From NCBI GenBank assembly GCA_963804995.1, contig CAWDSK010000003.1:736001-800000 (forward strand): DNA of 64,000 nt. Direction: 5' to 3'. The position numbers and the translations under genes were made by a program. Below the pieces are notes generated by a model. The model saw nothing but the letters and a program-made list of their open reading frames with translations, was not told the DNA's origin and ran no database searches. Origin of the DNA: an uncultured Acidobacteriota bacterium (GTDB lineage Bacteria; Acidobacteriota; Terriglobia; UBA7540). Position 1 is the stretch's first letter; each line of letters opens with the position of its first letter. This document shows positions 11,621 through 22,600 of the stretch, in pieces.

Positions 11621-11984
11621 GGGTAGCGCAAAGTCTCATGCTCTCCGAGACTCTGCGGCTCTTCCTCAATTCTCCCGCCCCTCGCCGATATTATGTTACT
11701 ATGCATGTTTATTACTTTGCGAACCGCAGAGTGTGAAAGGACCACACTCTGCGCTACCAATCTGCGTCACCTGCATCCGTCTAGGCAAATTCATACCCAC
11801 GTGACCAATCGAGGGTAGCGCAGAGTCTCACGCTTTTCGAGACTCTGCGGCTCGTCCTCAGATACGCCCTGCTCGCCCACATACCTTTGCAGTGCATGTT
11901 TATCAATTCACGAACCGCAGAGTGTGAAAGGGCCACACTCTGCGCTACCAATCTGCGCCACCTGCATCCGTCTAGGCAAATTCA
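11621..11984. repeat. tandem pair (~191-bp period) of GTAG REP doublets
   Basis: GGTAGCGCARAGTCTC..GAGACTCTGCGG ... CCGCAGAGTGTGAAAGGRCCACACTCTGCGCTACC..CATCCGTCTAGGCAAATTCAT occurs twice. Confidence 0.88.
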
Positions 11985-12019
11985 TTCTCACGGGACGGTC
12001 CCTGGGTACCGACGTCCCC

Positions 12020-12353
12020 GCACACTTCCCCACATCGGTAATCGGCGGTACCAAGTAAGAAGATGAGCCAAATGGCGACTTCGATAATCGCAAATCCGCC
12101 GGACCCCCGAGCCAATCCGCAATCGGAAATCGAAAATCTAAAATTGCCGGACCGCCCAATGCGCCAATTGCCCCCCCCACCGACCCCCAACCCCCGCCGT
12201 GACGCACTTCCCCATATCGGTTATCGGTCGATTCAGGTGAGAAGATGAGCCAAATGTTGATTTCGATAATCGAAAATCGCAAATCACAATTCGCAAATCA
12301 CAATTCGCAAATCACTCAATGGCTTAATGAATCAATGAACCGATGAACCAATC
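12020..12353. repeat. direct repeat pair (~75 bp) plus AATCGMA heptamer and TCAATGAA octamer runs
   Basis: cacttccccaYatcggtWatcgg..agaagatgagccaaatg..ttcgataatcg at ~12023 and ~12205. Confidence 0.75.
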
Positions 12354-14031
12354 ACCCTTGCATCAGGTCCGCCGTGGGCAAAAATCGGGGCGGCCGGCGA
12401 TGTTTGGTGGCTTGCTCGAAGGCGTACGCCAGCTTGATGAGGGTGGGTTCGCTATACGCTCGGCCGAAGAAGGAAATTCCTACTGGGAGGCCGAAGACGA
12501 AGCCTGCCGGCACGGAAATGTTGGGATATCCGGACACGGCGGCGGGCCGGGAACTTTTTCCTGAGTCGTGGTCTCCGTTGACCAGGTCGGTAACCCAGGC
12601 GGGCCCCGCGGTTTCGGCCACGATGGCGTCCAGACGGAACATGTCCATCAAGGCGTCGATCCCCAGGGTGCGAGTCAGCCGCTGCGCCTTGTCGCGCGCC
12701 TGCAAGTACTCGGGGGTGGTGAGGGGACCTAAGGCCTCCGAGGTCAGAAATCTCTCCTGGCCGAAGTAGGGCATCTCGCGGTCCCGGTGTTCCAGATTGA
12801 AATTGATGACCTCGCGCAGCGAGTGCACGGGGGCGCCCGGCCCGAGTGCGGCCAGGTAAGCGTTCAAATCCGCCTTCAGCTCGTAGTGGAGTAAAGTCTG
12901 CTCCGCACTCTCAAACTGGCCCAGGGTTGGAATGTCCGCGGGATCGATGATTTGCGCGCCCGCCTCCTTCATCGCGGCAATCGCATTAGCAAGCAACTTG
13001 TCGGCGCCGTCACCAAAGGAAAAGGTCTTGCGGGCCACGCCGATGCGCGCGCCCTTTAATCCTGCGGGGTCAAGGAACTGGGTATAATCCGCGTGCGCTT
13101 TGCCGCGACTCTCCACCGTCACGCTGTCCTCAGGATCGATTCCGGTCATCGCGCCCAGCAGAATCGCGGCGTCGGTGACGGTTCGCGCCATGGGGCCCGC
13201 CGTATCCTGGCTGTGGGCGATGGGGACGATTCCTCGGCGGCTGACCAATCCCACCGTAGGCTTGATCCCTACCAATCCGTTTGCCGAGGATGGGCAGGTG
13301 ACGGAGCCGTCCGTTTCCGTGCCTAACGCCACCGCTCCCAGATTCGCCGCGATGGCTGCGCCTGACCCCGCGCTTGAGCCGCTGGGATTGCGGTCGAGAG
13401 CATAAGGGTTGCGCGTCTGGCCGCCGCGGGCGCTCCAACCGCTGGTCGATTGGTAGGAGCGGACGTCCGCCCATTCGCTGAGATTGGCTTTGGCCAATAT
13501 GATGGCGCCCGCTGCGCGCAGCCGCGTGACTACGTGCGCATCCCGCGGCGGGATTGATCCCGCAAGAGCCAGTGAGCCCGCCGTGGTTGTCATGCGATCG
13601 TGTGTGCCAATGTTTTCCTTGAGCAGCACGGGAATTCCATGCAGGGGACCGCGCGGGCCTCGGGCGCGGCGCTCCTCGTCAAGCGCTGTGGCGATGGAAA
13701 TGGCGTCGGGGTTGATTTCAATAATCGCGTTGAGAGCCGGCCCGCGCTTGTCAATCTCGTCGATGCGGGCGAGATATTTCTCCGCAAGGGAACGCGCCGT
13801 GAACTTGCTGGACTGCATTCCAGCTTGAAGATCTCGTAGGGTGATTTCGTCAAGCTCGAAAGGTGCGACGTTTTGCTGGGACACGGGCACGGTGGACATT
13901 TTGGCGTCCCACATGTTCGCACCCGAGGGGCCTGGAGTGCGTTGTCCCACCATAAAGGCCATCATGCCCCCACGCAGGAACATTCTACGGCTATTATCAA
14001 AAGTTTGAGGGTAACGATTATGTTGGCTCAT
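12352..14031 (-). CDS. amidase-signature family amidase, Tat-like signal
   Basis: PLHGIPVLLK, NPSGSSAGS, LGTETDGSVTCP, GLVGIKPT; SRRMFLRG. Confidence 0.93.
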   Translation of the reverse strand: MSQHNRYPQTFDNSRRMFLRGGMMAFMVGQRTPGPSGANMWDAKMSTVPVSQQNVAPFELDEITLRDLQAGMQSSKFTARSLAEKYLARIDEIDKRGPALNAIIEINPDAISIATALDEERRARGPRGPLHGIPVLLKENIGTHDRMTTTAGSLALAGSIPPRDAHVVTRLRAAGAIILAKANLSEWADVRSYQSTSGWSARGGQTRNPYALDRNPSGSSAGSGAAIAANLGAVALGTETDGSVTCPSSANGLVGIKPTVGLVSRRGIVPIAHSQDTAGPMARTVTDAAILLGAMTGIDPEDSVTVESRGKAHADYTQFLDPAGLKGARIGVARKTFSFGDGADKLLANAIAAMKEAGAQIIDPADIPTLGQFESAEQTLLHYELKADLNAYLAALGPGAPVHSLREVINFNLEHRDREMPYFGQERFLTSEALGPLTTPEYLQARDKAQRLTRTLGIDALMDMFRLDAIVAETAGPAWVTDLVNGDHDSGKSSRPAAVSGYPNISVPAGFVFGLPVGISFFGRAYSEPTLIKLAYAFEQATKHRRPPRFLPTADLMQG

Positions 14032-14624
14032 TAACGTTTACTTTCGGGCATTAGCGGTTTATTCATCTTCAATCAGGACGCTCGAACCTGCTGGCAACAA
14101 TTTGCGGATGCGTTGCCGAATTGTGCCGGGCGTTCCCTCATTCGCAGAACTTTTAATTTCCCGTGATCGAATCCGCGCAAATCAGAAAGCAATAACGCGC
14201 TAGAATCATTCTACGGAGAATTGTTTTTGAAGCAAGTGGAAGCACAAAACAGCTTCACTCAAATCACACTCCTCTGTTTGCCAACTGCGATAAATCGAAA
14301 TTGCTTTGCGCTGAATTCATTGCGCGACTATCCTGATGACAAGATTTTTGGCGGGTGCAATGAGTTCAGTTAGAATATCCCTCCGACAGGAACTAAAATC
14401 CTCAGACGCCGACATCTCCATATGCTGCCCCAGCGGCGGAGGTCAATAGGATGCAAACCCGCGTGACACCCTGCCGTCCGAGGCAAAAGATTCCCAACTC
14501 AGTTGACCTGATGCCCGCACATGCAGAATCGATTGGCGGCGTACCGTTCGCATCCCATACTGGTGCGTTGGCACTTTTCTGCCGCGGCGCTATTGGCTGG
14601 AAAGCGCGGCCGCATAGACTGCGA

Positions 14625-15140
14625 ATGCTGCATGTGGCCGCCCTACTGGGGGCGCTGGTCCTCACGGGTTGCGACAATGCTCCGCAACCCAACGTCACAC
14701 TGTGGATCGACAACGGCAACAGCACGGCGATTCAAGTCCAGATGGACGGCCGAGGCTTGGCCCTCGTCAACCCGGGCGGACGCCTCCAAGTGCAGGTCAT
14801 CCCGGGCCAGCATCGGCTTCGGGCGATTGCCCCGGATGGAACCGTTCAAAGTGAGCTGCTGAAAACTCTGGGCGCAAACGGAAGGTATGTTTACAACCCG
14901 GGGGGCAAGAACGCATACGCCATTGAAACCCGAACCTACGACGTGTCTCCAGGCCAGTACCTGACCATGCCTAACTTCAAGGACCAGGGAAACCCGGAGT
15001 GGGTGGACGCGGGGCGCATCGACTACGTGTTCCAATCCTTTCCCGACAAAGTCGATATACACTACGACCCGACCGATACGCGCACGGGTCCCGTTTTTCA
15101 AGTCAAACGCACGCGCCTGGACCGTCAGCCGTCAAAATGA
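14625..15140 (+). CDS. hypothetical lipoprotein
   Basis: MLHVAALLGALVLTGC lipobox; start uncertain (ORF open from 14451). Confidence 0.6.
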   Translation: MLHVAALLGALVLTGCDNAPQPNVTLWIDNGNSTAIQVQMDGRGLALVNPGGRLQVQVIPGQHRLRAIAPDGTVQSELLKTLGANGRYVYNPGGKNAYAIETRTYDVSPGQYLTMPNFKDQGNPEWVDAGRIDYVFQSFPDKVDIHYDPTDTRTGPVFQVKRTRLDRQPSK

Positions 15141-15379
15141 TGAAAAATCAAAAGTGGCGCAAAGGGGCGGGCGCGCGGAGAATACTCATCCGCACCGGGG
15201 CTTTTATCGATAACTGATGTGGAAAAGTTTGTCACGCGGGCCTGGAAATCGGTAGCTGAGATTATCGGTCCAACGGCAAAAGAGAATTCGAACCGGGTTT
15301 CATGGAACATTGAGAGCTAGCGTACCGCGGGCCTGGATGGGAGGTCCCCGCTACACTTGCTGAGAGGTTGTTGACCCGC

Positions 15380-15802
15380 ATGAAAGAACAGATCGAAGCC
15401 AACGCAGAAATGGTGATCCAGCAGCTCCGTCCGCTCAGCGGAATCGAATTCGGTTACAACCGCGAGTCGGTGGAGTGGCTGGAGGGTTACATTGAGCGCC
15501 TGCGCCAATCGAATGGGCTGCAAGATGAGGCCACTCGGGAGAAACTCACCAGTGTCTTCGGTTCATATCTCGGAGAGTGCATCGTCAGGTGTTACGGAGG
15601 TCGATGGGAACAGCGCGAAGGGGTTTGGTGTATTGCCTTCGATAGCCGTAATGCCGCGTTCCCTTTCGCCAAAGTTGCGAAGCAGATGCAAAACGGCCTG
15701 GAAGACGGCATGGGGAGCTTTTTCACCCTCATCCCAGTCGTGTTTGCGAAATGCCTCGGCGCGCGGCCGTCCGCACGAAAAGCATGGTGGAAATTCTGGT
15801 AA
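15380..15802 (+). CDS. hypothetical protein (DUF3806-like)
   Basis: YNRESVEWLEGYIE..FGSYLGECIVRCYGGRW..FPFAKV; KAWWKFW tail. Confidence 0.65.
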   Translation: MKEQIEANAEMVIQQLRPLSGIEFGYNRESVEWLEGYIERLRQSNGLQDEATREKLTSVFGSYLGECIVRCYGGRWEQREGVWCIAFDSRNAAFPFAKVAKQMQNGLEDGMGSFFTLIPVVFAKCLGARPSARKAWWKFW

Positions 15803-15886
15803 GAGGACTAGGCCCTGGGTTCATGGTTAGCCAAGCGGTGGCTGACTCGAAATCGAGTTATCAACGCCGCCCCCGGGTGCTGCGCC

Positions 15887-17464
15887 TCAGAGTGTCCTCC
15901 AGGATGCAATCAGACGTTTCAGACGATCGTAGGACTCCTTGGGCTGGAATTTCTCATCCACGAATCCGCCGTTCGGAATAAAAGCGGGGTCCGCGAAATC
16001 CCACCAGGTGATCGCCTCCACCTGGGGCTTGCTGTAACAGAGGGTGTAAAACTGCTCGACCCAGTCCGCCTGAACGTGGGCAGTCCATTCCGCACCATGC
16101 CACACGCTCTGATTGCTGATAGTTCCGGGCGCGGGCTTCGCCGAAGGCACACCGAGTTCTGTGATATGGACGGGCTTCCCGAAGCCAAAGAAGCGCTCCA
16201 ACTGTCGCTCAATCTCCAGCATGTCACGCAGCGGGTTATAGAGCTGAACGCCTACGGCTTCATAGGAAACCCGCGCTTCCTCCAGTGCTTGGTAGTACTG
16301 GAGAGGCGTGCGAATGGGCTGGCGCATCACGCCTTTGTAATTCCGGCCCCGGGCGGAGTACTCACCCCAGGGCTGGCAGCAGTTGACCACCCGGAACGCC
16401 GTAGGGTCAGCAACGCGGACGGTGTCCGCAGCCAGGCGCGTCAGGTCCAGCAGTTGCTGCTGGTCAAAGCCCAGTTCGTTGGCCCAGTCGTGCGCTTCGT
16501 TGATCACATCCCAGGCGTGGATGCGCGAGCGGTGCAGACCGACGCTGCGCAGGATGTACTCCCGGCAGCTCTCTTTGATTTGCTCCCAGGATTTGGTTTT
16601 GAGGAATTCCGGAATGCCCGCGTAGTGGAACCAAACCAGCGGATGTCCCTTGCGAAGGATTTCGGTCCCGTCCAGCTTATCGAGGATCGCGTCCGCCCAA
16701 CTGTAATCCACCTTTCCTTCGACCTTCTCTGTCGTCGCGCGATAGAACGGCACGGTGCCGTAGTTGAGCAGTTCGCGGTACAGGCGGGCATACTCATCCG
16801 ATTTCGCGTACCCAAAAGCGTTGCAGCCAAACAGGAAGCCGGGCCGCTGGCCATTGCGGGCGATGTGGTGTCGCGCCCGCTCAACGGCCGCCATCTCCCC
16901 CGCCCACATCGTTTCGGCGAGGGAGTCATTGGAGTGCCTAGCCCGGGTCTGAACCTCGCCAGCTTTTGCCGCCTGGGCGAGCGCCGCTTCGCCGCGGTTC
17001 AGGCGTTCGGTAACACCGCTCGTGAACGCCACCCCCTCGGCCTGGGCGGCGTTCACATATCGCCGGACGAAGGCCGCGCGGCTGCGCGCGAACTCGTAGT
17101 TGAGCAGCAATTCGCCCGCGGTAGAGGGCGGATAGAGCTCGCCCTCGTTGTCCGCGTAAAGGTAAACCTGGCCGAAGTCCCGCACCGGCAACGTCATCAT
17201 CATCTCGAATTTGCCGTTGGGAAGCACGATGCTGGCCGTGCCGTCGCCGCGCACGTCTGGCAGCAGGTGATAGGGCTGTCCCGCGGGGTCGTTGAGGAGA
17301 AGCGTTTTGAGGTGCTCTCCCTCGGCGGGCCTGCCGTCAGCTTCGAAGGCTCGAACTGCGAGGGGCACGTCAGCTCCCCATGCCAGGCTTACCGTGCCCG
17401 CGGCTGCAATAACTCCGCCAGTTTGCCGGAGCCACTGTCGCCGGCTTAGTTTAGAAGCTTTCAT
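15887..17464 (-). CDS. Tat-exported GH10 (endo-1,4-beta-xylanase-like) glycoside hydrolase
   Basis: SRRQWL; KGHPLVW, WDVINEA (acid/base), VHITELG (nucleophile), ITWWDF. Confidence 0.85.
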   Translation of the reverse strand: MKASKLSRRQWLRQTGGVIAAAGTVSLAWGADVPLAVRAFEADGRPAEGEHLKTLLLNDPAGQPYHLLPDVRGDGTASIVLPNGKFEMMMTLPVRDFGQVYLYADNEGELYPPSTAGELLLNYEFARSRAAFVRRYVNAAQAEGVAFTSGVTERLNRGEAALAQAAKAGEVQTRARHSNDSLAETMWAGEMAAVERARHHIARNGQRPGFLFGCNAFGYAKSDEYARLYRELLNYGTVPFYRATTEKVEGKVDYSWADAILDKLDGTEILRKGHPLVWFHYAGIPEFLKTKSWEQIKESCREYILRSVGLHRSRIHAWDVINEAHDWANELGFDQQQLLDLTRLAADTVRVADPTAFRVVNCCQPWGEYSARGRNYKGVMRQPIRTPLQYYQALEEARVSYEAVGVQLYNPLRDMLEIERQLERFFGFGKPVHITELGVPSAKPAPGTISNQSVWHGAEWTAHVQADWVEQFYTLCYSKPQVEAITWWDFADPAFIPNGGFVDEKFQPKESYDRLKRLIASWRTL

Positions 17465-17517
17465 ATCTCACCTCGTAAGGCCTGCCTGGCGAATACCGCC
17501 GTGGTGACTCGCTACCT

Positions 17518-17930
17518 TCACTTCAAAAAGGGATTCACCGCGCGAACCGTACCATAAAGGCGATGGTGCTCGAAGTCTTCCGATAGCAGTTCGGAAAGGC
17601 CGTAGCATTCGGCATAAGCCCACTCGTGCGCATCGTACCAGGGAAGGTGATACGTGGCCGCACCACGCACGGCCGTGCGTACCAGGGCTTCGTGGGGATA
17701 CAACACTGTAAACTGGGCAAGAAATTCTTCCGCTTCACGGTATGCAGCAGAAGGGGACATCAGAGGAGCCTTGCCGCGCCGCGACCGCGTTACGACAGCA
17801 ACGAATTCTACGATGGCCTGGTGGGGAAGCCGTATCCAGCCTTCCGCCAGCCCCCGTCTGAGCAGTTCCGTGGCAATAGCCTGCTTCCTTGGGGCCGAAG
17901 GATCAAAACGGTAGACAAGGATGTTCGTAA
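17518..17930 (-). pseudogene. PIN/VapC toxin remnant lacking its N-terminus, first catalytic Asp and antitoxin
   Basis: Frame reads ..RLFTNILVYRFDP..KQAIATELL..QAIVEF..WYDAHEWAYA..LLSEDFEH..VNPF; the expected xxVDTN start is missing. Confidence 0.75.
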
Positions 17931-18277
17931 ATAGCCTTGGGAACGGTCAATTGTAACTTGGATGTCACCTTGGCCCTATCCTTACTGTAACAAGGATAAA
18001 ATCCTTGTCAAGCGAGACGGTCTCACCTATTTCAAATGACTCGGCCGGCGGTTAGCTATGCGGGATAAGTCAAGAGGATTTACTCACGGGGCGTTGTATA
18101 CATGTGCAAGTATTGAATTATAAAAAAAGGATTGACACTCCGCCCTTACGTTTATAGTACAATAAGGCTTGCAATCAAATAGGCACGATACCCTACACGG
18201 TCTCCCCGCTCTTGCAGATTTTCTCCTGGGGGAGTGGAGCGGTGGAGAGTCCGGTTTTTGAAATATCGACCCAGGAT

Positions 18278-19087
18278 ATGGCCCAACCCTTTCCCGCTGT
18301 CACCCAGCAATCGACCGTTGTCCTAAGCGAGCAGGCCGGACTGCGTCTCAAACAAATCCGGGAGCGACTAGGACTGACCCTGCGCCAGGTCGAAGAGGCC
18401 AGTCTGGAAATTGCCGACGCCGAGCGGAGTTCTGAATACGTAGTTTCCACCGCGCGTCTCAACCAGATTGAAAACGACGGTTCCCTGCCCAGCATCTACA
18501 AGTTCTACAGTTTGACGGTGATCTACCGGCTCAGCATCGAGGAGATGATGGGGCTCTACGGAATCAATCTGGCCAAAATGGAGCAACACCGGCACGCCAC
18601 CCTGCAAAGCTCGACGCATCTTTTCACGGTGGAAGTGGGGGATCCCACACGGCCCGTGCGGTTTCCGATCCGCTTCGACCCCGGGTTCCAGCCCGATAAG
18701 ACCGCTTTCCTCTCACGCTTGGTCGACCTCTGGGGTGAGATCCCCGCAGGTTTGCTCACGCAACTCGACCTGAAGAAGTATCGCTATGGTTACATCGGAT
18801 TGGAAGACCGCATGATGGTGCCGGCCTTGAGGCCGGGGTCAGTCGTGCAGGTCGACGAAACGCGGCGCCGCATCGCGAACTCGGGATGGCTAACCGAATA
18901 TGACCGGCCCATCTACTTTCTGGAACTCCGCTATAGCTACGAGTGCTGTTGGTGTTACCAGCGTGGGAAGGAAGTCACCATGCTTCCGCACCCGCTCTCC
19001 CCCTGCGGGCCGCGAACTATCCGGATTCCCGACGATGGGGACGTGCTAGGGCAGGTCGTCGGCGTCGCGATGCGGATCGTGCAGTAA
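18278..19087 (+). CDS. XRE-family HTH regulator with S24-like C-terminal domain
   Basis: LKQIRERLGLTLRQVE..RLNQIEN..PSIYK; YGYIGLEDRMMVPALRPGSVVQVD..RPIYFLE..CCWC..PHPLS. Confidence 0.8.
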   Translation: MAQPFPAVTQQSTVVLSEQAGLRLKQIRERLGLTLRQVEEASLEIADAERSSEYVVSTARLNQIENDGSLPSIYKFYSLTVIYRLSIEEMMGLYGINLAKMEQHRHATLQSSTHLFTVEVGDPTRPVRFPIRFDPGFQPDKTAFLSRLVDLWGEIPAGLLTQLDLKKYRYGYIGLEDRMMVPALRPGSVVQVDETRRRIANSGWLTEYDRPIYFLELRYSYECCWCYQRGKEVTMLPHPLSPCGPRTIRIPDDGDVLGQVVGVAMRIVQ

Positions 19088-19546
19088 CGGCCAGAGATCG
19101 GTCTCGCGCAGGATTCTCAACATGATCTCGATATTCTTGTCGAACAGTTCCCGCGCCAGGGGATTGCAATTCTCCGGCGGCAGAATCTGATAGGACTTTA
19201 ACCGCCGCCACACCTCAACCAACCGACCTTTGTCTTCCTTGAGCGACTCAAAGAAATCCAACAAATCTTCAGTCTGCTCTTTCAACGGCAAGGCCACCAG
19301 CTCTTCGAAAACCCGCACGTGACATTGTTGCAAACCCTCGTCCACAGTGGCCGGGGCGTAACGCGACTCCAGTCCGTAGTGGTGATAGCGGCCCGTGTTG
19401 TAGTCGCGCAGAGAGGCAATATAAACCAGCCGGCTGAATTGGGTTCCGAGCGCCGCCAGAGTGCGATCTTCAAAATCCCGCACGAGGCGATCAATTTCCC
19501 GCTGGACGGCTACGGGCTCCTGCTCGCTGTTCTGATCGTTCGACAT
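19046..19546 (-). CDS. conserved hypothetical protein, convergent with and overlapping the XRE gene
   Basis: RTLAAL..FSRLVYIASLRDYNTGRYHHYGL; 42-bp 3' overlap. Confidence 0.7.
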   Translation of the reverse strand: MSNDQNSEQEPVAVQREIDRLVRDFEDRTLAALGTQFSRLVYIASLRDYNTGRYHHYGLESRYAPATVDEGLQQCHVRVFEELVALPLKEQTEDLLDFFESLKEDKGRLVEVWRRLKSYQILPPENCNPLARELFDKNIEIMLRILRETDLWPLLHDPHRDADDLP

Positions 19547-19638
19547 AACCGATGGCCATGGAAAGAAACTTCGCCTCGCGGCGTAAGCCGCCGCGCGTCT
19601 ATGAGGATTATACACATTGAATCCCTTCACGGCAGCTT

Positions 19639-22600
19639 TTACCAAATAAGCTTAAGGCCGAACTGGACCTGTCGGGAAGAGGTGGACGTACTGGTGATGG
19701 CGCCCGCCGTCCCGGAAAGCCCGGTGGGATTCGCCGCCGTGGGTGGGGTAAATACGATGAGGTTGGGAGTGTTGAAATTGGCCCGATCGAGCAGATTGAA
19801 CATCTCCGCCCGGAACTGCAAACTCAACCCTTCGCGAAGGGTAGTCTCCTTCAGCACAGAGAAATCCCAGGTCGCGAGGCCGGGCCCAACAAAGGTGTCC
19901 CTTCCCAGATTGCCATAGAAGCCGCCGGTCGAGGGCGGGGCGATGAAGGCGTTGGGATTGAACCACTGCGCTGGTTTGCCGAGAATGACGGGCCCCGAGA
20001 AATTCGGATTCAAAAACGGCCGCACCGGATTGCGCGTGTCTCCATTGTTCGAGGGGTTGTAGCTGAGCTGCGGGGTGAACGGGAATCCCGCTTGTAACGT
20101 GACGATGCTGCTTAGTGACCAGCCGCTCACCATGCGGTTGCTCCAGCCTTCGACACCCCCGGCGAAAGGTTTGCCCTGCCCGAAGGGCAAGGCGTAAATC
20201 GTACTGATCACGCCCATGTTGCGCACGTCATACGTGGCCGGTCCCCAATCCGCCGCGAGGTCGAAGGGGTTCGAAACCAGTCCCGGCGCATTCCCCGCGG
20301 TGGTCTGATTCACGGAGTCTCCATCGTCGAGCGCCTTCGACCAGGTGTAAACCCCGCGCAAGGAAAGTCCCCCGCTGAAGCGATGGTCGATATCCACTTG
20401 GAGCGCGTTGTAGGAGCTGACTCCTTCTGAGAACCATGTCCAGGTATTCGCCAACGTGGCGTTCGCCTTGGGTGTTCCCGCAGGAATGAAAAAGCTCCCG
20501 GCGGGCACCGGCGCTCCTGCCAAGGGTGAGCCGGCGGGGAACCCCGTGGCAATAGTGACCGGAGGATTGGACGCCGCACTCACGGTGGGATACGTTGCTG
20601 GACACCGCGCGGCCGGGCAGAGGGTGGGGAAGGGTTCGTTCGCGTCCATGCCCAGCAGTTCGTGATAGCCGTGCGAACCTACATAGCCGACGGTCAAGGC
20701 GGTATTGGGAGTGATCTCCTGCGTGACCCGCAAGGACCAGGAAATCAGCGTGGGCGTTCTCAGGTCAGGCTGCACCCCGCCGGGCACAAGTTTGGCGCTC
20801 GCGGGAACTGGGGCAGTAGGATTGATCGGAAGGTGTGCGACCGGCAACGAGGCCAGGCTGTAAGTGGGATTGAACGGTGCGTTCTGATCGGCACGGTAGC
20901 CCAGGGCATCCTGCAGGTCGTTATACATACCAAAGCCCGCGCGAATCGCCGTCTTCCCACGGAAAGGGCTCCAGGCTAAGCCGAGGCGCGGCTGGGGAAG
21001 AAACTTGGCATGGTTGACCGTGAAAAGTGACGCGCCAATTTGGGGTTGTGTGGAAATAACTCCATTCGCGAAGGTGTAGTTGGCGGCGCGGTCATGAGCC
21101 TCATTCCAGCCTGTGGTGAATTCGTCCCGCATGCCCAGCGACAACGTGAGATTAGGGGTAACCCGGATGACATCTTCCGCATACCACGCCCCCAACAGCG
21201 ACCGCCAGTTCATCTCAGTTGGGGTGGGATCGAATAGGAAGGTCGAGGCGGTTCCTTGCAAGAAGGTCTGGAGGCTCGAGAATGTTGCCTGCCCGAATTG
21301 GCTGAGGGCGATAGTTTCGTTGGATTGAAAACGCTGGAACCACACTCCGAAATTGAACTGCTGCCGGCCTCGAATCCACGTCAGACGGTCTTCATAAGTG
21401 AATAGATTTCGGGCGATACTGAGGTTGCTTCCGTTATTGCTGCCGGCCAGACCCAACTGGGCTTGCGGATTGGATGCCGCACTCCCACCCACCACGACAG
21501 CGCCCACCGGCCGTCCCAGAAGAAAACCCGGAACCGTCGCAGCGGGGGTCCCGGGTGTGGGCTCACCCGTAAAGTAATAGCCGGCGCGGGTGAAACCGGC
21601 GCGGGCCGTGTTGAGCAAAGTCGGCGAGAAAACATGCGTCTCGTCCAGGCTGGACACCTGCTCGCGTAGGGTTACGAGGTCGGTGCTGAAAGGATCGAGT
21701 GGAGTGGCCGTGAGGTCGCCGCCATCATCGATGGTATAAACGGCCGCCAGCGTATCGTGCGCGGAGAAAACGTGGTCCAGCCGCGTGGTCCCAAAATCTT
21801 CGCGAATGGATTGCAGCGGGCTGCTGAAGACCTCCGCAATGCCGTTGAAGTCCGAAGCTCCGGCAGAAGGCGTGGGCCAGAGATTGAGCAGCGGCCGGAC
21901 ACTGGCCACGGCAACGGAACGGGAAGCCGCGTCGGGGACAAAAGCTGCGGAGGTTTGGTGGAGAGCTTCGCGGAATCCTTCGTAGTTGGCAAAGACGAAG
22001 GTCTTTTCCTTTTCGATTGGCCCACCGAGCGCGTCCCCAAACTGATTGCGTTTGAAGGGTGGAGCCGACCCCTGATCGAAATAGTTCGGAGCATCGAGGG
22101 CATTGTTGCGCAGGAATTCGAATAGCGAACCGTGCAACTGGTTGCTCCCCGATTGGGTCACGATGATCACCTGCCCGCCGGGACGCTTGCCGTATTCGGC
22201 GCCATAGGTGTCTCGCAGAACGTTAAACTCACGCACGGCATCCACCCCCAGCAACTGCTGGCTGGTGCCTCCCGGCTGCATGTTGTTCTCGGCAGCGCCG
22301 GAGTATTCGACCCCATTCAACAGGAATAGATTCTGCTGCGGCCGATTGCCTGAGACCGCGAAGTTGTTCCCAGTAGTTGAGTTGGAAATTCCAATCCCGC
22401 CAGTCTTCTCGGAAGTGAAGTTGACGATGCCAGGATTGAGGGTGAGCAGCTCATCGTAGCTGCGGCCATTGAGGGGCAGGTCCTTCACCTGTTTCTCACC
22501 CACCAGGCCGGAGGTCTGGTCGGTTGCAGCGCTCACCATGCGAGCCTCGCCGGTGATGGTCACTTGTTGCCGGACGGCGCCGAGCGGGAGAACGATATCC

